DNA of 64,000 bases from an uncultured Nitrospirota bacterium (GCA_945786985.1 CALZGC010000131.1:946-64945); one strand, 5' to 3'; counted from the stretch's first letter, positions 1 through 10,812 are shown. The notes: generated by a model not told the origin, from the letters alone. Numbers and translations: made by a program.

Positions 1-201
1 CACCACTTGCGGGTCGGCAATATCACCGCGCACAATTCGGTAGCGCGTGTCCTGGGCGATGTCCTCCAGATTCAGCAGGTTCCCCGCATAGGTCAGCAGA
101 TCCAGATTGACGATCTCATCACCGGGATGTTCCCGAAGGAAATACCGGATATAGTTGCTGCCAATGAAGCCGGCCCCTCCGGTCACCAGCACTTTTCTCA
201 T
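1..201 (-). CDS. rfbB: dTDP-glucose 4,6-dehydratase, N-terminal part (gene runs off the window edge)
   Basis: Reverse strand reads MRKVLVTGGAGFIGSNYIRYFLREHPGDEIVNLDLLTYAGNL..., a classic Rossmann GGAGFIGS N-terminus of RmlB/RfbB. Start codon at 199-201. Confidence 0.7.
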   Translation of the reverse strand, partial: MRKVLVTGGAGFIGSNYIRYFLREHPGDEIVNLDLLTYAGNLLNLEDIAQDTRYRIVRGDIADPQVV

Positions 202-249
202 GATCTCTCCGCCTTCCGCCTCGGCCGCGCCCCGTTGGCGCCACCGGCC

Positions 250-705
250 TCACCCGTCTTGCCGGGACCAATCATAGGGGATGTCATTGTCGTAGGGATG
301 GACGCGGTACTCGTCGGGCTCGTCGTAATTATAGACCTCCGTGGGGCAGTTGATCACCAAGGCCTCTTCCGTACCAATGCCTTTGAACCCGTGATAAACC
401 CCCGCCGGGATCTGCAGGAGGAGCGGACGCCGGTCCCCCATGAAAAACTCGTTCACCTCCCCAAACGTACGCGATCCCTCCCGGTTGTCGTAGAGAACCA
501 CCTTCATCATGCCGCGGACCACCATGAAATTGTCTATCTGTTTCTTATGGTAATGCCAGCCTTTTACCACACCGGGATAGGCCGTGGTGAGATAGATCTG
601 ACCGAATTTAATAAAAAGGGGATCGTCACTTCGAAGCATCTCCATCAGGCGTCCCCGTTCATCGGGGATCATCTTCAGTTCCTTGGTCCTTACACCTTCG
701 ATCAT
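250..705 (-). CDS. RmlC-like cupin (dTDP-4-dehydrorhamnose 3,5-epimerase family)
   Basis: 151 aa, cupin-like (..GWHYHKKQIDNFMVVRGMMKVVLYD..). Lies immediately upstream of rfbB on the same strand, a typical rfbC-rfbB arrangement. Confidence 0.6.
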   Translation of the reverse strand: MIEGVRTKELKMIPDERGRLMEMLRSDDPLFIKFGQIYLTTAYPGVVKGWHYHKKQIDNFMVVRGMMKVVLYDNREGSRTFGEVNEFFMGDRRPLLLQIPAGVYHGFKGIGTEEALVINCPTEVYNYDEPDEYRVHPYDNDIPYDWSRQDG

Positions 706-969
706 CGGTCCTCCTTATTCAGTGCGCGTAGGCCGCCGCACGAAGCGCGCCGTCGGCCTGGACAAACCCGGGAACGCCGGCACGCGCAACACAATTCTCT
801 TTCCGCAAGACGACGCAGTCCCACTCCGCCGGGCGCTGCCCCCCGATTGTTCTGTCAAGGTAACGTATCGATTCTATTGAGAATCAAGCCCGCAGATGCC
901 TTCATCATAATATGTTTTCACAGGTTCATCAACCTCTAATATGGCGGCCCTACGAACCTCGGTTCAGGC

Positions 970-3375
970 CTAAATCCCCGACGTACCGTTCAATAATTTG
1001 AGACGGAAAGACTTGATGGTGAAATAGAGATGGACCTCGTTGACCCGGTCGATCTCCAATTTCCCGGTCCGGTCGTTCAGAACGGAATCATCAAAGCGCT
1101 GTCCACTCAGGGCGATCCCCCAGCATCGGGTTTCATAGCCCACATGGAAGGAGAGATCATCTCCCGTATCCTCATTGGCATTGAAATAGCCCGAAAATCC
1201 CGCCGAAATTTTTTCTGTGGGCTGCCAGTTCAGGCTGGTCGTCCAGAAAGAGATGCCGTCGTTGTCGAGTGCGTTCACCGTAGAGACGGCCCCGATGACA
1301 CGGGCCGTGCCGGTTCCCGTCGGTCGATTGGGATCGACCGGTATGGTTCGCGTGAAACGCCGGCCCAGCTGAACGGACAAGATATCCTGCCAACGATAGG
1401 TAAGATCAACATTGAGGCTCTGGAAACGGTCCGTCACGAAATCGTAATCGGCGTTGGCCTCCAGGTACAGGCCGTCGCGTAAATTCAGATCCATCTCCCC
1501 GCTGAGACGGCGCAGTCGCTGCGCGGCTCGCAACCGATCATACAAGGCGTCCAACTTGACGGTCAGTACCTCCCGCCGCTGCATCGCGGGGATGGTCTCC
1601 AGACCCGAATCCCTTTCCGGGCGGCCGGTGAGAACCAGACGGTTGATCAGCTTCAGGTGCACGGCGTCGACAGGATCCATCCGGTCGATCTCATCATAAA
1701 TGGGAATGTCTGCCTGCCCCTGTCGGGGACGATAGGCATAGGAAAGTCTTGGTTCCACAATGTGGCGAAGTCCTCTGCCCTCTCCGATGCGGAAATCCCG
1801 ATGCATCCGTGACGCCAGATCGAACCCGGCATGCAGCACGCCCCGTTCGACCGAATCGTCCTGCAGCGCCCCGCGACTGTAAAGAGTTCCCCGATAACCC
1901 ACCGAGGGGGTGAAAACCAGGAAGCTCGTCAGGTCCAGCGGAAGGGAGAGTCCGGGAAACAGGTCGAGACGCTGTCCGTCAATGCCCTGATGCCTCAGGG
2001 CAAGATCCTCATCCAGTCCGGCATCAACAAGCCGTTGCGTCCGGGCAACCTGTTCCGGCGTGGTCGGGCTCAGGCGCATGGGGTCCGATGAGATGTCCGC
2101 ACTGAAGTTGCTCGCGTAATCCTCGCGACGATGAAAATTGAGGATGCTAGATTCCAGCGAGTAAAACCAGTTGGACATCCCAAGGCGCGCCGGTGGCAGA
2201 TCCATCCGGATCTCCGGAAGACTCTGGAGGGTCGTCGTGCTGCTGCGCTGCCCCAGTTCCTGATAATAACGGACGTCCAGCCCCAGATTTCCGCCGGCCC
2301 AGCGTTTGACCAGGGTCAGATCGGACTGGCCGTTGTTCTGCACTCGCGCCTCCGACGCGAGCGAAAAATCATTCAGATATAGACCGTCACTGAACACGTC
2401 CATGAAGAGCCCGCCATAGAGCCGGTCCCCAAGATTGTGATAATGGGTGGCACCCATCTCCCAACGGTCCTGATTCATGTCGAGCCGGCTTCCGTTGCGG
2501 TCGGCATTCCGGTCGTGGATATAGCGGCCGAAGAGCACGCCGCCGATGGCCCGGTTGATGGCATAACGGTACTCCAGGCCGAAACGGTTTCCGTTGTCCT
2601 CCAGGTACTCATAGGTCATGGTCGCATCGCGACTGGCACTGAGGGCCCGGAAGTAGTCCAGCCGGATGGAGGCACCGTTGCGCCCGCCCTCGCCGAAGAG
2701 GGGCGGGAGAAACCCGCTCTGCCGGGCAGTCTTGATCGGATAAACAAAGTAGGGAGAATATAGAACCGGCACACCCCCCAGGCGAAGCGTCACCCCCCGG
2801 GCTGTCACATATTCCCCCTCTCGGACATGCATGGTCCGGCCCCGAAGCTCCCACAGAGGCCGCTCCCTGCCACACTCCGAGATCGTCCCTTGCTCCACCC
2901 GGTAGCTTTCATCACCGACCCGGTCGACCTTCTCGCCCGTCAGGGTGTAGCCCTTGTAATTGTCCATGGCTGCCCGGAAGAACGTCCCCGAAAGAGTGCG
3001 CACATTCCCCTCGACACGCTCACAGACGACGGTCCCCTCCTCATTCGTCAGGACGACATTTCCCTCGGCAACGAAATCTCCCGTCAGCTCAGAGTATTCG
3101 ACAGAATCACAGGTCAGATCCATCAGGCCCGAAGCCATCCGCACATTCCCTTCGGCCACGAAGAGCTGCCGCTCGTGGTCGAAATGGAATCGGTCCGCCT
3201 CAACACTCAACGCCTCCCCCCACTCAAAGGAAACCGCCCAGGTGCAGTCCGTCGGGAGGATCAGCATCAGACAGAGCAGTGCGGTGGCCCACAGCCCAAC
3301 CGGAAGCGGGGCGCATTCGCGGGACCACTGCTTTGCCGACTCAGGGGACCGGGACATTGCTTCGGCCACAGTCAT
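970..3375 (-). CDS. lptD: LPS-assembly outer-membrane protein LptD (OstA family)
   Basis: ~800 aa with a signal peptide, an OstA-like N-terminal domain carrying repeated AEGNV motifs, and a long beta-barrel C-terminus. Start is uncertain (internal Met at 3375 or 3357 preferred over the ORF-track start at 3462). Confidence 0.65.
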   Translation of the reverse strand: MTVAEAMSRSPESAKQWSRECAPLPVGLWATALLCLMLILPTDCTWAVSFEWGEALSVEADRFHFDHERQLFVAEGNVRMASGLMDLTCDSVEYSELTGDFVAEGNVVLTNEEGTVVCERVEGNVRTLSGTFFRAAMDNYKGYTLTGEKVDRVGDESYRVEQGTISECGRERPLWELRGRTMHVREGEYVTARGVTLRLGGVPVLYSPYFVYPIKTARQSGFLPPLFGEGGRNGASIRLDYFRALSASRDATMTYEYLEDNGNRFGLEYRYAINRAIGGVLFGRYIHDRNADRNGSRLDMNQDRWEMGATHYHNLGDRLYGGLFMDVFSDGLYLNDFSLASEARVQNNGQSDLTLVKRWAGGNLGLDVRYYQELGQRSSTTTLQSLPEIRMDLPPARLGMSNWFYSLESSILNFHRREDYASNFSADISSDPMRLSPTTPEQVARTQRLVDAGLDEDLALRHQGIDGQRLDLFPGLSLPLDLTSFLVFTPSVGYRGTLYSRGALQDDSVERGVLHAGFDLASRMHRDFRIGEGRGLRHIVEPRLSYAYRPRQGQADIPIYDEIDRMDPVDAVHLKLINRLVLTGRPERDSGLETIPAMQRREVLTVKLDALYDRLRAAQRLRRLSGEMDLNLRDGLYLEANADYDFVTDRFQSLNVDLTYRWQDILSVQLGRRFTRTIPVDPNRPTGTGTARVIGAVSTVNALDNDGISFWTTSLNWQPTEKISAGFSGYFNANEDTGDDLSFHVGYETRCWGIALSGQRFDDSVLNDRTGKLEIDRVNEVHLYFTIKSFRLKLLNGTSGI

Positions 3376-3466
3376 GCCCTGGGAATTTCCGGCAAGGATA
3401 TGCAGCGCCCGCGGGAGATGGCCGAGGGCGCGGGACGGATCGTTTTGGTGCAGCGCAGGCAAGGGC

Positions 3467-4783
3467 TCAACTCCACTGAAAAGAGAAATTCTCCTGTGAT
3501 AAGATGTAGTCTCGCGCTTCTCCGACGGTATAGAGTGACCCGGTAATCACAATCAGATCGCCCCTGCGATAAAGGGACAGGGCCTTCACCACCGCCTCGG
3601 GAATATGCTCACAGACGTGCAGTGCTTGACGCAGCGCGGGGATTCTCCGGGCCAACCGATGGGGGTCTTCACCGCGTACATAGGCCGGTCGCGTTAGTAT
3701 CAGTTGATCCGCCAGCGGGAGCAAATGCTCTGCCACGGCAGCAATGTCTTTATCCTGAAGAATGCCCAGGACGAGCGTAAGGCGATCGAAAGACAGATCA
3801 TTCTCCAGCGCCCGCCGCAGGGCTTGCGCAGCATGGGGATTGTGAGCGCCATCCAGGAGAATCCGAGGCGCCGTCGAAATCATTTCCAGTCGCCCGGGCC
3901 AACGGGCAGCAGCCAAACCGCGTCGTACCGCGTCCTCGGGAATCTGCGCACCGTTTGCGATCAAACCTTCCACGACACCCAGCGCCAGCGTCGCATTCTC
4001 GACCTGGTAATCTCCGAGCATGTCGATCCTCAGCCCGGACCAGCGGATGCCCCGCCCCAAGTAATCGAAACACCGGGAGCCATCCCCGCCTTGCAACACA
4101 ACGGACTCCGCCCGGATCTCGCCACCCACACGGACAAGTCGGCTTCCCCGTTGCACACACAGCTCTCGCAGAACGTCCAGGGCCTCCGGCACCGCTGCGG
4201 CCGTCAGCACACCCACACCGGGTTTGATGATCCCCCCCTTTTCCCGAGCGATCTGCTCCAGTGTGTCGCCCAGGTGATCGGTGTGCTCCATGGCCACATT
4301 GGTAATAACCGAGAAAAGGGGATTTAACAGATTCGTCGCATCCAGACGCCCGCCGAGCCCCGTCTCCACCACAGCATAGTCGACCTGCTGTTCGCCAAAA
4401 TAGGCGAAGGCCATGGCCGTGGTCACCTCGAAATAGGTGGGCGCCACCGTTTCCGGTGCCGACCGGATGATGGCCCGGAGCCGCTCGGCCAAAGTCGCCA
4501 CCTGTTCCTCGGTGATTTCAACACCGGATATTTTGATCCGCTCAGTGAATCGGCTCAGATGGGGAGAGGTGTAAAGGCCGGTACGGAAACCTGCCTCCTG
4601 CAGCATCGAGGCCAGGAAGGTGGCCGTGGATCCCTTGCCGTTGGTGCCGGCAATATGGATCGACGGGAAGCGCCGGTGGGGATCCCCCATTTGCTGCATG
4701 AGCCAGCGGATGCGGTCCAACCCGAGGATGACGCCGTGCGAGTCCAGGCCTGCCAGCCAGGCCATGGCATCATCCATGTTCAT
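3467..4783 (-). CDS. folC: Dihydrofolate synthase / folylpolyglutamate synthase
   Basis: Mur-ligase family P-loop AGTNGKGST. 438 aa. Overlaps accD, which is conserved accD-folC synteny. Confidence 0.85.
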   Translation of the reverse strand: MNMDDAMAWLAGLDSHGVILGLDRIRWLMQQMGDPHRRFPSIHIAGTNGKGSTATFLASMLQEAGFRTGLYTSPHLSRFTERIKISGVEITEEQVATLAERLRAIIRSAPETVAPTYFEVTTAMAFAYFGEQQVDYAVVETGLGGRLDATNLLNPLFSVITNVAMEHTDHLGDTLEQIAREKGGIIKPGVGVLTAAAVPEALDVLRELCVQRGSRLVRVGGEIRAESVVLQGGDGSRCFDYLGRGIRWSGLRIDMLGDYQVENATLALGVVEGLIANGAQIPEDAVRRGLAAARWPGRLEMISTAPRILLDGAHNPHAAQALRRALENDLSFDRLTLVLGILQDKDIAAVAEHLLPLADQLILTRPAYVRGEDPHRLARRIPALRQALHVCEHIPEAVVKALSLYRRGDLIVITGSLYTVGEARDYILSQENFSFQWS

Positions 4784-5621
4784 TGCGAAAAAAACGAATG
4801 AGACCGGCCAGCGTCTTCTTCATGTCCCGCCGCTCCACGATCATGTCAACCATTCCCTTTTCCAGCAGGAACTCGGCGCGCTGAAAACCGTCGGGGAGTT
4901 TTTCCCGGATGGTCTGCTCGATGACGCGAGGACCGGCAAACCCGATCAGGGCTTTGGGCTCAGCGATGATGATGTCCCCCAGCATGGCAAAACTTGCCGT
5001 CACACCGCCGAAGGTGGGGTCCGTGAGTACTGAGAAGAAGGGAACGCCCGCCTCGCCCAACTTGGACACCGCCGCACTGGTCTTGGCCATCTGCATCAGG
5101 GAAATAATTCCCTCCTGCATTCTGGCCCCGCCGGACGACGAGAAAGAGATGAAGGGCACCTTCAGGGCCAGTGATTTCTCGATGCCCCGAACAATCTTCT
5201 CACCGACGACCGACCCCATGCTCCCCCCCATGAAACGGAAGTCAAAAACCGCCAGAATCGCCGGGAGGCCCTCAATCCTGGCCTCCCCGGACACCAGGGC
5301 GTCCCGCCGCCCCGTAAGGTTTTCACCCTCCTTCAACCGGTCCCGGTATTTTCTGGAGTCTTTAAAGTGCAGAGGGTCCGTGGAAACAAGATCGGCGTCT
5401 GCTTCCTGGAAACTCCCTTCGTCCGCCACGATGCGGACCCGTTCATCGGCACTGATTCGGAAATGGTAGTTACATTTGGGGCAGACCCGGAAGTTCTTGT
5501 CGATCTCCTTCTTGTAGACAATCTCCTTGCAGTTCTGGCACTTCTCCCACATCCCCTCGGCGACCATGACCTTCCTGGGAGAAAAGGACGGCTTGATCTT
5601 CTTCTTCTTGAACCACTCCAT
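4770..5621 (-). CDS. accD: Acetyl-CoA carboxylase carboxyltransferase beta subunit
   Basis: N-terminal Zn-ribbon CxxC...CPKCNYH followed by the carboxyltransferase domain. 283 aa. Confidence 0.85.
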   Translation of the reverse strand: MEWFKKKKIKPSFSPRKVMVAEGMWEKCQNCKEIVYKKEIDKNFRVCPKCNYHFRISADERVRIVADEGSFQEADADLVSTDPLHFKDSRKYRDRLKEGENLTGRRDALVSGEARIEGLPAILAVFDFRFMGGSMGSVVGEKIVRGIEKSLALKVPFISFSSSGGARMQEGIISLMQMAKTSAAVSKLGEAGVPFFSVLTDPTFGGVTASFAMLGDIIIAEPKALIGFAGPRVIEQTIREKLPDGFQRAEFLLEKGMVDMIVERRDMKKTLAGLIRFFRNEHG

Positions 5622-5635
5622 AGGGGCCGGACCTT

Positions 5636-6400
5636 TTACAGTTGAATAATGTCGCCTTCCTGAAGGACGTGCAGCCGACCCCCCAGTTCCAGCCGCAGCT
5701 CGTCGACAATGGCCTGTTCGTAATTCGGTTTCATATGGAAAATATAGACGGGGACTTCCGGCCGGTTCAACTTGCGCAGATCCTGCAGCAGCATGGAGGG
5801 CGTCATGTGACCGCTCACCTCGGCAATATGCTTCATCCCTTCAGGAAAGGAGGCCTCGATCAGAACCGCAGAGAGTTCGGGAACATTCCTGGCCGCCTCC
5901 CAGATCGCCTCGGTAGCGCATGTATCGCCCGTGTACAGCAGCGCCCTGCCCTGCTTTCGCAACAAGAGTCCCACCGAAGGGATCACATGGCTGACAGCAT
6001 GGGGCGTGATTTGAAAATCGCCGATCTGTGTGCACTCGCCCGGCCGGAGCCTCTCGAAGCGAAGCAGCGGCGTCTTGCCGTTGAAGATCCGTGTGAAATC
6101 GGGCCAGATGGAATCATTGAAGAGGTGCTGCCGGAGATCTTCCAGGACCCGGTCGATTGCAAATACCGTGATCGATCGATCGGTCTCACCGATGCGGTTG
6201 TCCACCAGAAAGGGGAGGTCCTTAATATGATCGAGATGCGCATGACTGATGATCACATTGTCTATCTTGCGCTGCCGCTCCAGTGTCAGCACGGACGCCG
6301 CCGTGCCAGCCTCCAGCAGGAGCTCATCATCGATCAGAAAGCCGACCGTCCTGGTCGTCAGGGTCTCTGACCCATGACACCCAAGCACCTCAAGTCTCAT
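5636..6400 (-). CDS. MBL-fold hydrolase, class-II 3',5'-cyclic-nucleotide phosphodiesterase-like
   Basis: Motif ISHAHLDHIKDLPFL matches the HxHLDH signature of class-II cNMP phosphodiesterases within the MBL superfamily. 254 aa. Confidence 0.5.
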   Translation of the reverse strand: MRLEVLGCHGSETLTTRTVGFLIDDELLLEAGTAASVLTLERQRKIDNVIISHAHLDHIKDLPFLVDNRIGETDRSITVFAIDRVLEDLRQHLFNDSIWPDFTRIFNGKTPLLRFERLRPGECTQIGDFQITPHAVSHVIPSVGLLLRKQGRALLYTGDTCATEAIWEAARNVPELSAVLIEASFPEGMKHIAEVSGHMTPSMLLQDLRKLNRPEVPVYIFHMKPNYEQAIVDELRLELGGRLHVLQEGDIIQL

Positions 6401-6543
6401 CGGAAGACCTCCTCTTTGTCCAGCGGATCATCCGGGCGGCGGCGCAGCGGCCGGCGCCTCGGTCTGCCCCTGGGTGCATTCGGCCCTGCCCTCTGCAGCC
6501 GGGCGGGGTCCTCTCTTGCAGAAAAGCGCAGCCACCCGTTGCC

Positions 6544-7239
6544 TCAGGTCAGACCGCCGAACTGATCTTTCATTTCAAGAAAACGGGCAAACTTCTCCAG
6601 AGCCTCCATGCGTAAGATGGAAACCCGCCCTTCCACCGCCCGAACCATCTTGGCCGCAGCCAGTTTCTTCAGAACCTCTTCCAATTGCCGCTCCGAGATG
6701 CCGGCACCGGTCGCCAGGTCCTCTCTCGGATAATCCATGACGAACTCCCCGGAGGCGGACGCTCCTCGCTCCCGAGCCAGCCGCCTCAGCAAATTCACAA
6801 CACGGCTTACGTTGTCTTTCAGCAGAAGGTTCTCGATCTGATTGTTGGCTTCCTGAAGACGGGCGGCCAGTTTTTTGATGACCCGCACGGAAATTTCCCC
6901 GTTCGTCCGAATCATGCTTTCAAACGTTTCCCGGTCAATGATGAGAATCTTGCAGTCTTCAATGACAGTGGCCGTCGCCGAACGGGGCCGGCTGTTCAGA
7001 ATGGCCATTTCACCGAAGAATTCCCCCTTACCGAGAACCACCAGGGTTTTTTCGACATGGCGCACCCGTTTGCTGATGCGAACCTTCCCGGAAAGAACGA
7101 TGTACATCTCCTGACCGGGGTCGCCCTCGTAAAAGAGGACCGTCCCCCTCGGGATAATCTCGCCATACTTGTCAAACAGATGGCTGACGCCGAGGGATTC
7201 CCGAGCAAGATCGAGTGAGCCTTCCGTTTCCAGAGTCAT
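6544..7239 (-). CDS. Crp/Fnr-family transcriptional regulator (cNMP-binding + HTH)
   Basis: cNMP-binding fold (..FFGEMAILNSRPRSATA..) with a C-terminal HTH. No N-terminal Cys cluster, so Crp-like rather than Fnr-like. Confidence 0.75.
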   Translation of the reverse strand: MTLETEGSLDLARESLGVSHLFDKYGEIIPRGTVLFYEGDPGQEMYIVLSGKVRISKRVRHVEKTLVVLGKGEFFGEMAILNSRPRSATATVIEDCKILIIDRETFESMIRTNGEISVRVIKKLAARLQEANNQIENLLLKDNVSRVVNLLRRLARERGASASGEFVMDYPREDLATGAGISERQLEEVLKKLAAAKMVRAVEGRVSILRMEALEKFARFLEMKDQFGGLT

Positions 7240-7252
7240 GTCTGCCCTCTCC

Positions 7253-8056
7253 TCAATGCTTATGGATGATTGCCGCCCGCAGACTTCGAATGAACGCGCC
7301 GACCTGTCGCGGGCACTCGGGGTCGCCCAATCTCTCCTCCATGAGGCCTACTAAAGCGCTACCGACGATCACCCCATCGGCAAAGCGGCTCACAGCCCGC
7401 ACCTGCTCCGGTGAGGAAATGCCGAACCCGACGCAGACCGGCTGGTTCGTGATCTGGCGAACCCCCTGCACCGCCGCCTCCACGCCGGCAGGTAGTTCCC
7501 CTCTGGCACCAGTCACGCCCGCGAGAGAGACATAATAGATGAACCCGCGGCTTACTTCGGAGACACGGCGGACCCGCTCCGGCGTGCTCGTCGGGGCAAG
7601 GAGAAAAACGGTGTCCAGATCGACCGCCCGAGCCGCCTCGATGAGCCCGTCGGCCTCCTCCGGAGGCAGGTCCGGGACGATCAATCCATCGGCGCCCGCC
7701 TCTCGGGCCCCTTCGGCAAAGCGCGCCACGCCGTGCCGGTAAATGGGATTGTAATACCCCATGAGCACCACGGGCACGGCCACATTCCTGCGGAACTCCC
7801 GGAGAAACCCGAGAATGCCCTTGACCGTGATACCGCCGGCCAATGCCCGCTGGGACGCCCGCTGGATGGTGGGGCCGTCGGCCAAAGGGTCGGAAAAAGG
7901 CATTCCCAACTCAATCAGGTCGGCGCCGTTCTCGGCCATCTCAACCAGACACCGCCCCGTCAAGTCAAGCGACGGATCCCCCGCAGTGACAAAAGGCATC
8001 AGCGCCGCCCGGCCCTCCTGCCGGAGCCGAAGAAAGACATCATCGATTCTGCTCAA
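7253..8056 (-). CDS. trpA: Tryptophan synthase alpha subunit
   Basis: 267 aa TrpA-like. Last gene of the trp operon. Confidence 0.9.
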   Translation of the reverse strand: MSRIDDVFLRLRQEGRAALMPFVTAGDPSLDLTGRCLVEMAENGADLIELGMPFSDPLADGPTIQRASQRALAGGITVKGILGFLREFRRNVAVPVVLMGYYNPIYRHGVARFAEGAREAGADGLIVPDLPPEEADGLIEAARAVDLDTVFLLAPTSTPERVRRVSEVSRGFIYYVSLAGVTGARGELPAGVEAAVQGVRQITNQPVCVGFGISSPEQVRAVSRFADGVIVGSALVGLMEERLGDPECPRQVGAFIRSLRAAIIHKH

Positions 8057-8070
8057 CCGATGCTCCCCAT

Positions 8071-9276
8071 CTAGAAACTCCCCCGCTTCTTCAAAATGTC
8101 AGCCACCTGATTCACATCCTTGTCACCCCGGCCGGAAAGGTTCAACACAACAACGTCATCGGTCCCCGTATGGGGGATCAGCTTTGTCAAATAAGCAATG
8201 GCGTGGGCGCTTTCGAGCGCGGGGATAATCCCTTCCGTTTGGGAAAGGAGCTTGAAGCCCTCCAAGGCCTCCTCATCGGTCACCGAAACGTATTCGGCCC
8301 GCCCCGAGGCATGGTAAAAGGCATGCTCCGGACCGACCCCAGGATAGTCCAGCCCCGCCGAAATCGAGTGTGCCGGTGTCACTTGACCGTCTTCGCTCTG
8401 CAGCAGATAGCTCAAGCTTCCGTGCAGGACGCCCTTCTCGCCTGCCGTAATAGACGCAGCATGCTGACCGGTCTCCAGGCCGAAGCCGGCGGCCTCTACG
8501 CCGATCATCCGGACCGCGGCATCCTCGACGAAGGGGTGAAACAAGCCGATGGCGTTACTGCCGCCCCCGACACAGGCCACCAGAATATCCGGCGCTCTGC
8601 CCTCCGCCGCCAGCATCTGTTCGCGCGTCTCCCGGCCGATGACCGACTGGAAATCCCGCACCAGCATGGGGTAGGGGTGGGGTCCAACCACGGAGCCGAT
8701 GATGTAATGGGTGTCAGCCACTTGGGTCACCCAGTCCCGAATCGCTTCGTTGCAGGCATCCTTCAGGGTTTTCGTGCCGCTGCTCACGGGGGTCACCGTC
8801 GCCCCCAGCAGACGCATGCGAAACACGTTGAGGGCCTGCCGCTCGATGTCCTCTTCGCCCATGAAGATCTCACAAGCCAGGCCGAACATGGCAGCCGCCG
8901 TGGCCGTGGCCACGCCGTGCTGCCCGGCGCCGGTTTCCGCAATAATTCGCTTCTTGCCCATCCGACGGGCCATCAGAATTTGACCAATGGCGTTGTTGAT
9001 CTTGTGTGCGCCCGTGTGATTGAGGTCTTCCCGCTTCAGGTAGATCCGGGCACCCCCCAGCCGCTTCGTCAGGCGTTCCGCCAGATAGAGCGCCGTGGGC
9101 CGCCCCACATAGTCCCGCAGATAAGCGTTGAACTCCTCTTCGAACGCGGGGTCCTGACGGACCCTGTCGAACTCTCTCGTGAGTTCGTTCAGAGCCGGCA
9201 TCAGGGTCTCCGGCACAAACCGGCCGCCGAACTCCTGAAAATGTCCTCGGGTGTCTGGAAGTCTCATGAACCTCAT
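8071..9276 (-). CDS. trpB: Tryptophan synthase beta subunit
   Basis: 401 aa. PLP-lysine region HTGAHKINN and the GGGSNAIG motif. Confidence 0.9.
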   Translation of the reverse strand: MRFMRLPDTRGHFQEFGGRFVPETLMPALNELTREFDRVRQDPAFEEEFNAYLRDYVGRPTALYLAERLTKRLGGARIYLKREDLNHTGAHKINNAIGQILMARRMGKKRIIAETGAGQHGVATATAAAMFGLACEIFMGEEDIERQALNVFRMRLLGATVTPVSSGTKTLKDACNEAIRDWVTQVADTHYIIGSVVGPHPYPMLVRDFQSVIGRETREQMLAAEGRAPDILVACVGGGSNAIGLFHPFVEDAAVRMIGVEAAGFGLETGQHAASITAGEKGVLHGSLSYLLQSEDGQVTPAHSISAGLDYPGVGPEHAFYHASGRAEYVSVTDEEALEGFKLLSQTEGIIPALESAHAIAYLTKLIPHTGTDDVVVLNLSGRGDKDVNQVADILKKRGSF

Positions 9277-9911
9277 TCCTTGGGAGAAATCATTGCGTCG
9301 GCCCGCCGGACAGCCTGCAGGAATCGCCGCAATTTACGCGGATCCTTACTGCCGGGGGCCCGTTCCACGCCGGAGCTGACATCGACCCCGTAGGGCCGAA
9401 CCTCGGCGATGGCCCGGCCGACATTTTCGGGGGTCAGCCCCCCCGCCAGCAGCACCGGCTTGAGGGCCACGGCGCTGCGCGCCAGCGACCAGTCAAAGGC
9501 TTCCCCCGTGCCCCCGTAGCCCTTCTCCGAGTAACTGTCCAGCAGATACCCCGAGACATCATAGCGTTTCATCTCATCCAGGACGGAGACATCCCGCATA
9601 CGAAAAGCCTTCACCACTCGGCTCGTGAACCAATCACAGTATTCGGGCGTCTCGCTGCCGTGAAACTGAAGAAGCCCCAGATAGCAGTATGTCTCAATCT
9701 CCCGCACGATCTTAATCTGCTCGTCCACGAACACACCGACAACCGTTACCAATGGGGGGAGCAGCCGGATGATTTCCCGTGCCACATCGGGATCGAGATA
9801 GCGGGGGCTCTTCGGGTAAAAGATGAACCCCAGGGCGTCGGCCCCGGCTTCAACGGCGCACAGGGCATCGTCCAGACTGGTGATCCCGCAAACCTTGACC
9901 CGGGTCTTCAC
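9273..9911 (-). CDS. trpF: Phosphoribosylanthranilate isomerase
   Basis: 212 aa. [11 protein letters not shown]... N-terminus. 4-bp overlaps with both trpC and trpB. Confidence 0.85.
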   Translation of the reverse strand: MKTRVKVCGITSLDDALCAVEAGADALGFIFYPKSPRYLDPDVAREIIRLLPPLVTVVGVFVDEQIKIVREIETYCYLGLLQFHGSETPEYCDWFTSRVVKAFRMRDVSVLDEMKRYDVSGYLLDSYSEKGYGGTGEAFDWSLARSAVALKPVLLAGGLTPENVGRAIAEVRPYGVDVSSGVERAPGSKDPRKLRRFLQAVRRADAMISPKE

Positions 9912-10699
9912 CTCACGCTCCTGTAGTGGAGCAGTTCCCTCAGTTTCTCCCCTGGATCGGGGACGCGCATCAGCGCCTCTCCGACGAGCACCGCGTCGAC
10001 CCGGTCCGCCAAGCGCGCCATATCGCGCGGCTCCCGGATCCCGCTTTCACTGACCACCACCCGGTCCGACGAAATGCCCCCCACCAGGGCCAGGGTCGTT
10101 TGCAGATCGGTCACAAAGGTCTTCAGGTTACGGTTGTTTATGCCGATCACCTCGGCAGACGAGGCGACGGCCCGCGCCAGTTCCTCGGCCGTGTGCACCT
10201 CTACCAGCGCCGTCATGCCCAGGTCCCGTCCCAATCCGATGAGCGACTCGAGCCGGGCGTCGTCGAGGAGGGAGACGATCAGCAGAAAGGCATCGGCTCC
10301 CAGAACACGCGCCTCCACCACCTGGTAGGGCTCCAGCATAAAATCCTTCCGCAGCAGCGGGAGCGTTACCGCCTCACCGATCCGGGTCAGATAGCTGGGA
10401 TGCCCCTGGAAAAAGTCTTCCTCCGTCAGGACGGAAATGGCCGATGCGCCGGCGGCCGCATACTGGCGAGCAATATCCACCGGATCCATGTCGGTGCGGA
10501 TGATGCCTTTGGAGGGGGACGCCTTTTTGACTTCGGCGATCACCCTGATCAGACCACCCGTCTCACGCCGGATACTCGCCGTAAAGTCGCGCACTGAGCG
10601 GCTGTCGCTGACTCTCTCCTGCAGAGCCTCCAAGGGAAGCACCTTCTTCCGTTCGGCCACTCTTCGCGCAACTACCTGAACTATATCATCTAGAATCAA
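9908..10699 (-). CDS. trpC: Indole-3-glycerol-phosphate synthase
   Basis: 263 aa IGPS fold (..KASPSKG.. / ..NNRNLKTF..). Confidence 0.85.
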   Translation of the reverse strand: MILDDIVQVVARRVAERKKVLPLEALQERVSDSRSVRDFTASIRRETGGLIRVIAEVKKASPSKGIIRTDMDPVDIARQYAAAGASAISVLTEEDFFQGHPSYLTRIGEAVTLPLLRKDFMLEPYQVVEARVLGADAFLLIVSLLDDARLESLIGLGRDLGMTALVEVHTAEELARAVASSAEVIGINNRNLKTFVTDLQTTLALVGGISSDRVVVSESGIREPRDMARLADRVDAVLVGEALMRVPDPGEKLRELLHYRSVR

Positions 10700-10812
10700 G
10701 GCTTACAAACCCTTTTTGACTCGGCAGCCCGGCGGACGAAGCCGCTGTTCACATACTGAAACACGACAGATCAACGCCTGTCATCGCGCCCTGGAAAGCA
10801 CCGGACACAGCC

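Noticed and set aside
7-939. 310-aa plus-strand ORF overlapping rfbB/rfbC
   Set aside because: Antisense shadow ORF typical of high-GC DNA. The opposite strand encodes well-recognised RmlB/RmlC-like proteins. No RBS, and Arg/Pro/Gly/Ala-rich low-complexity translation.
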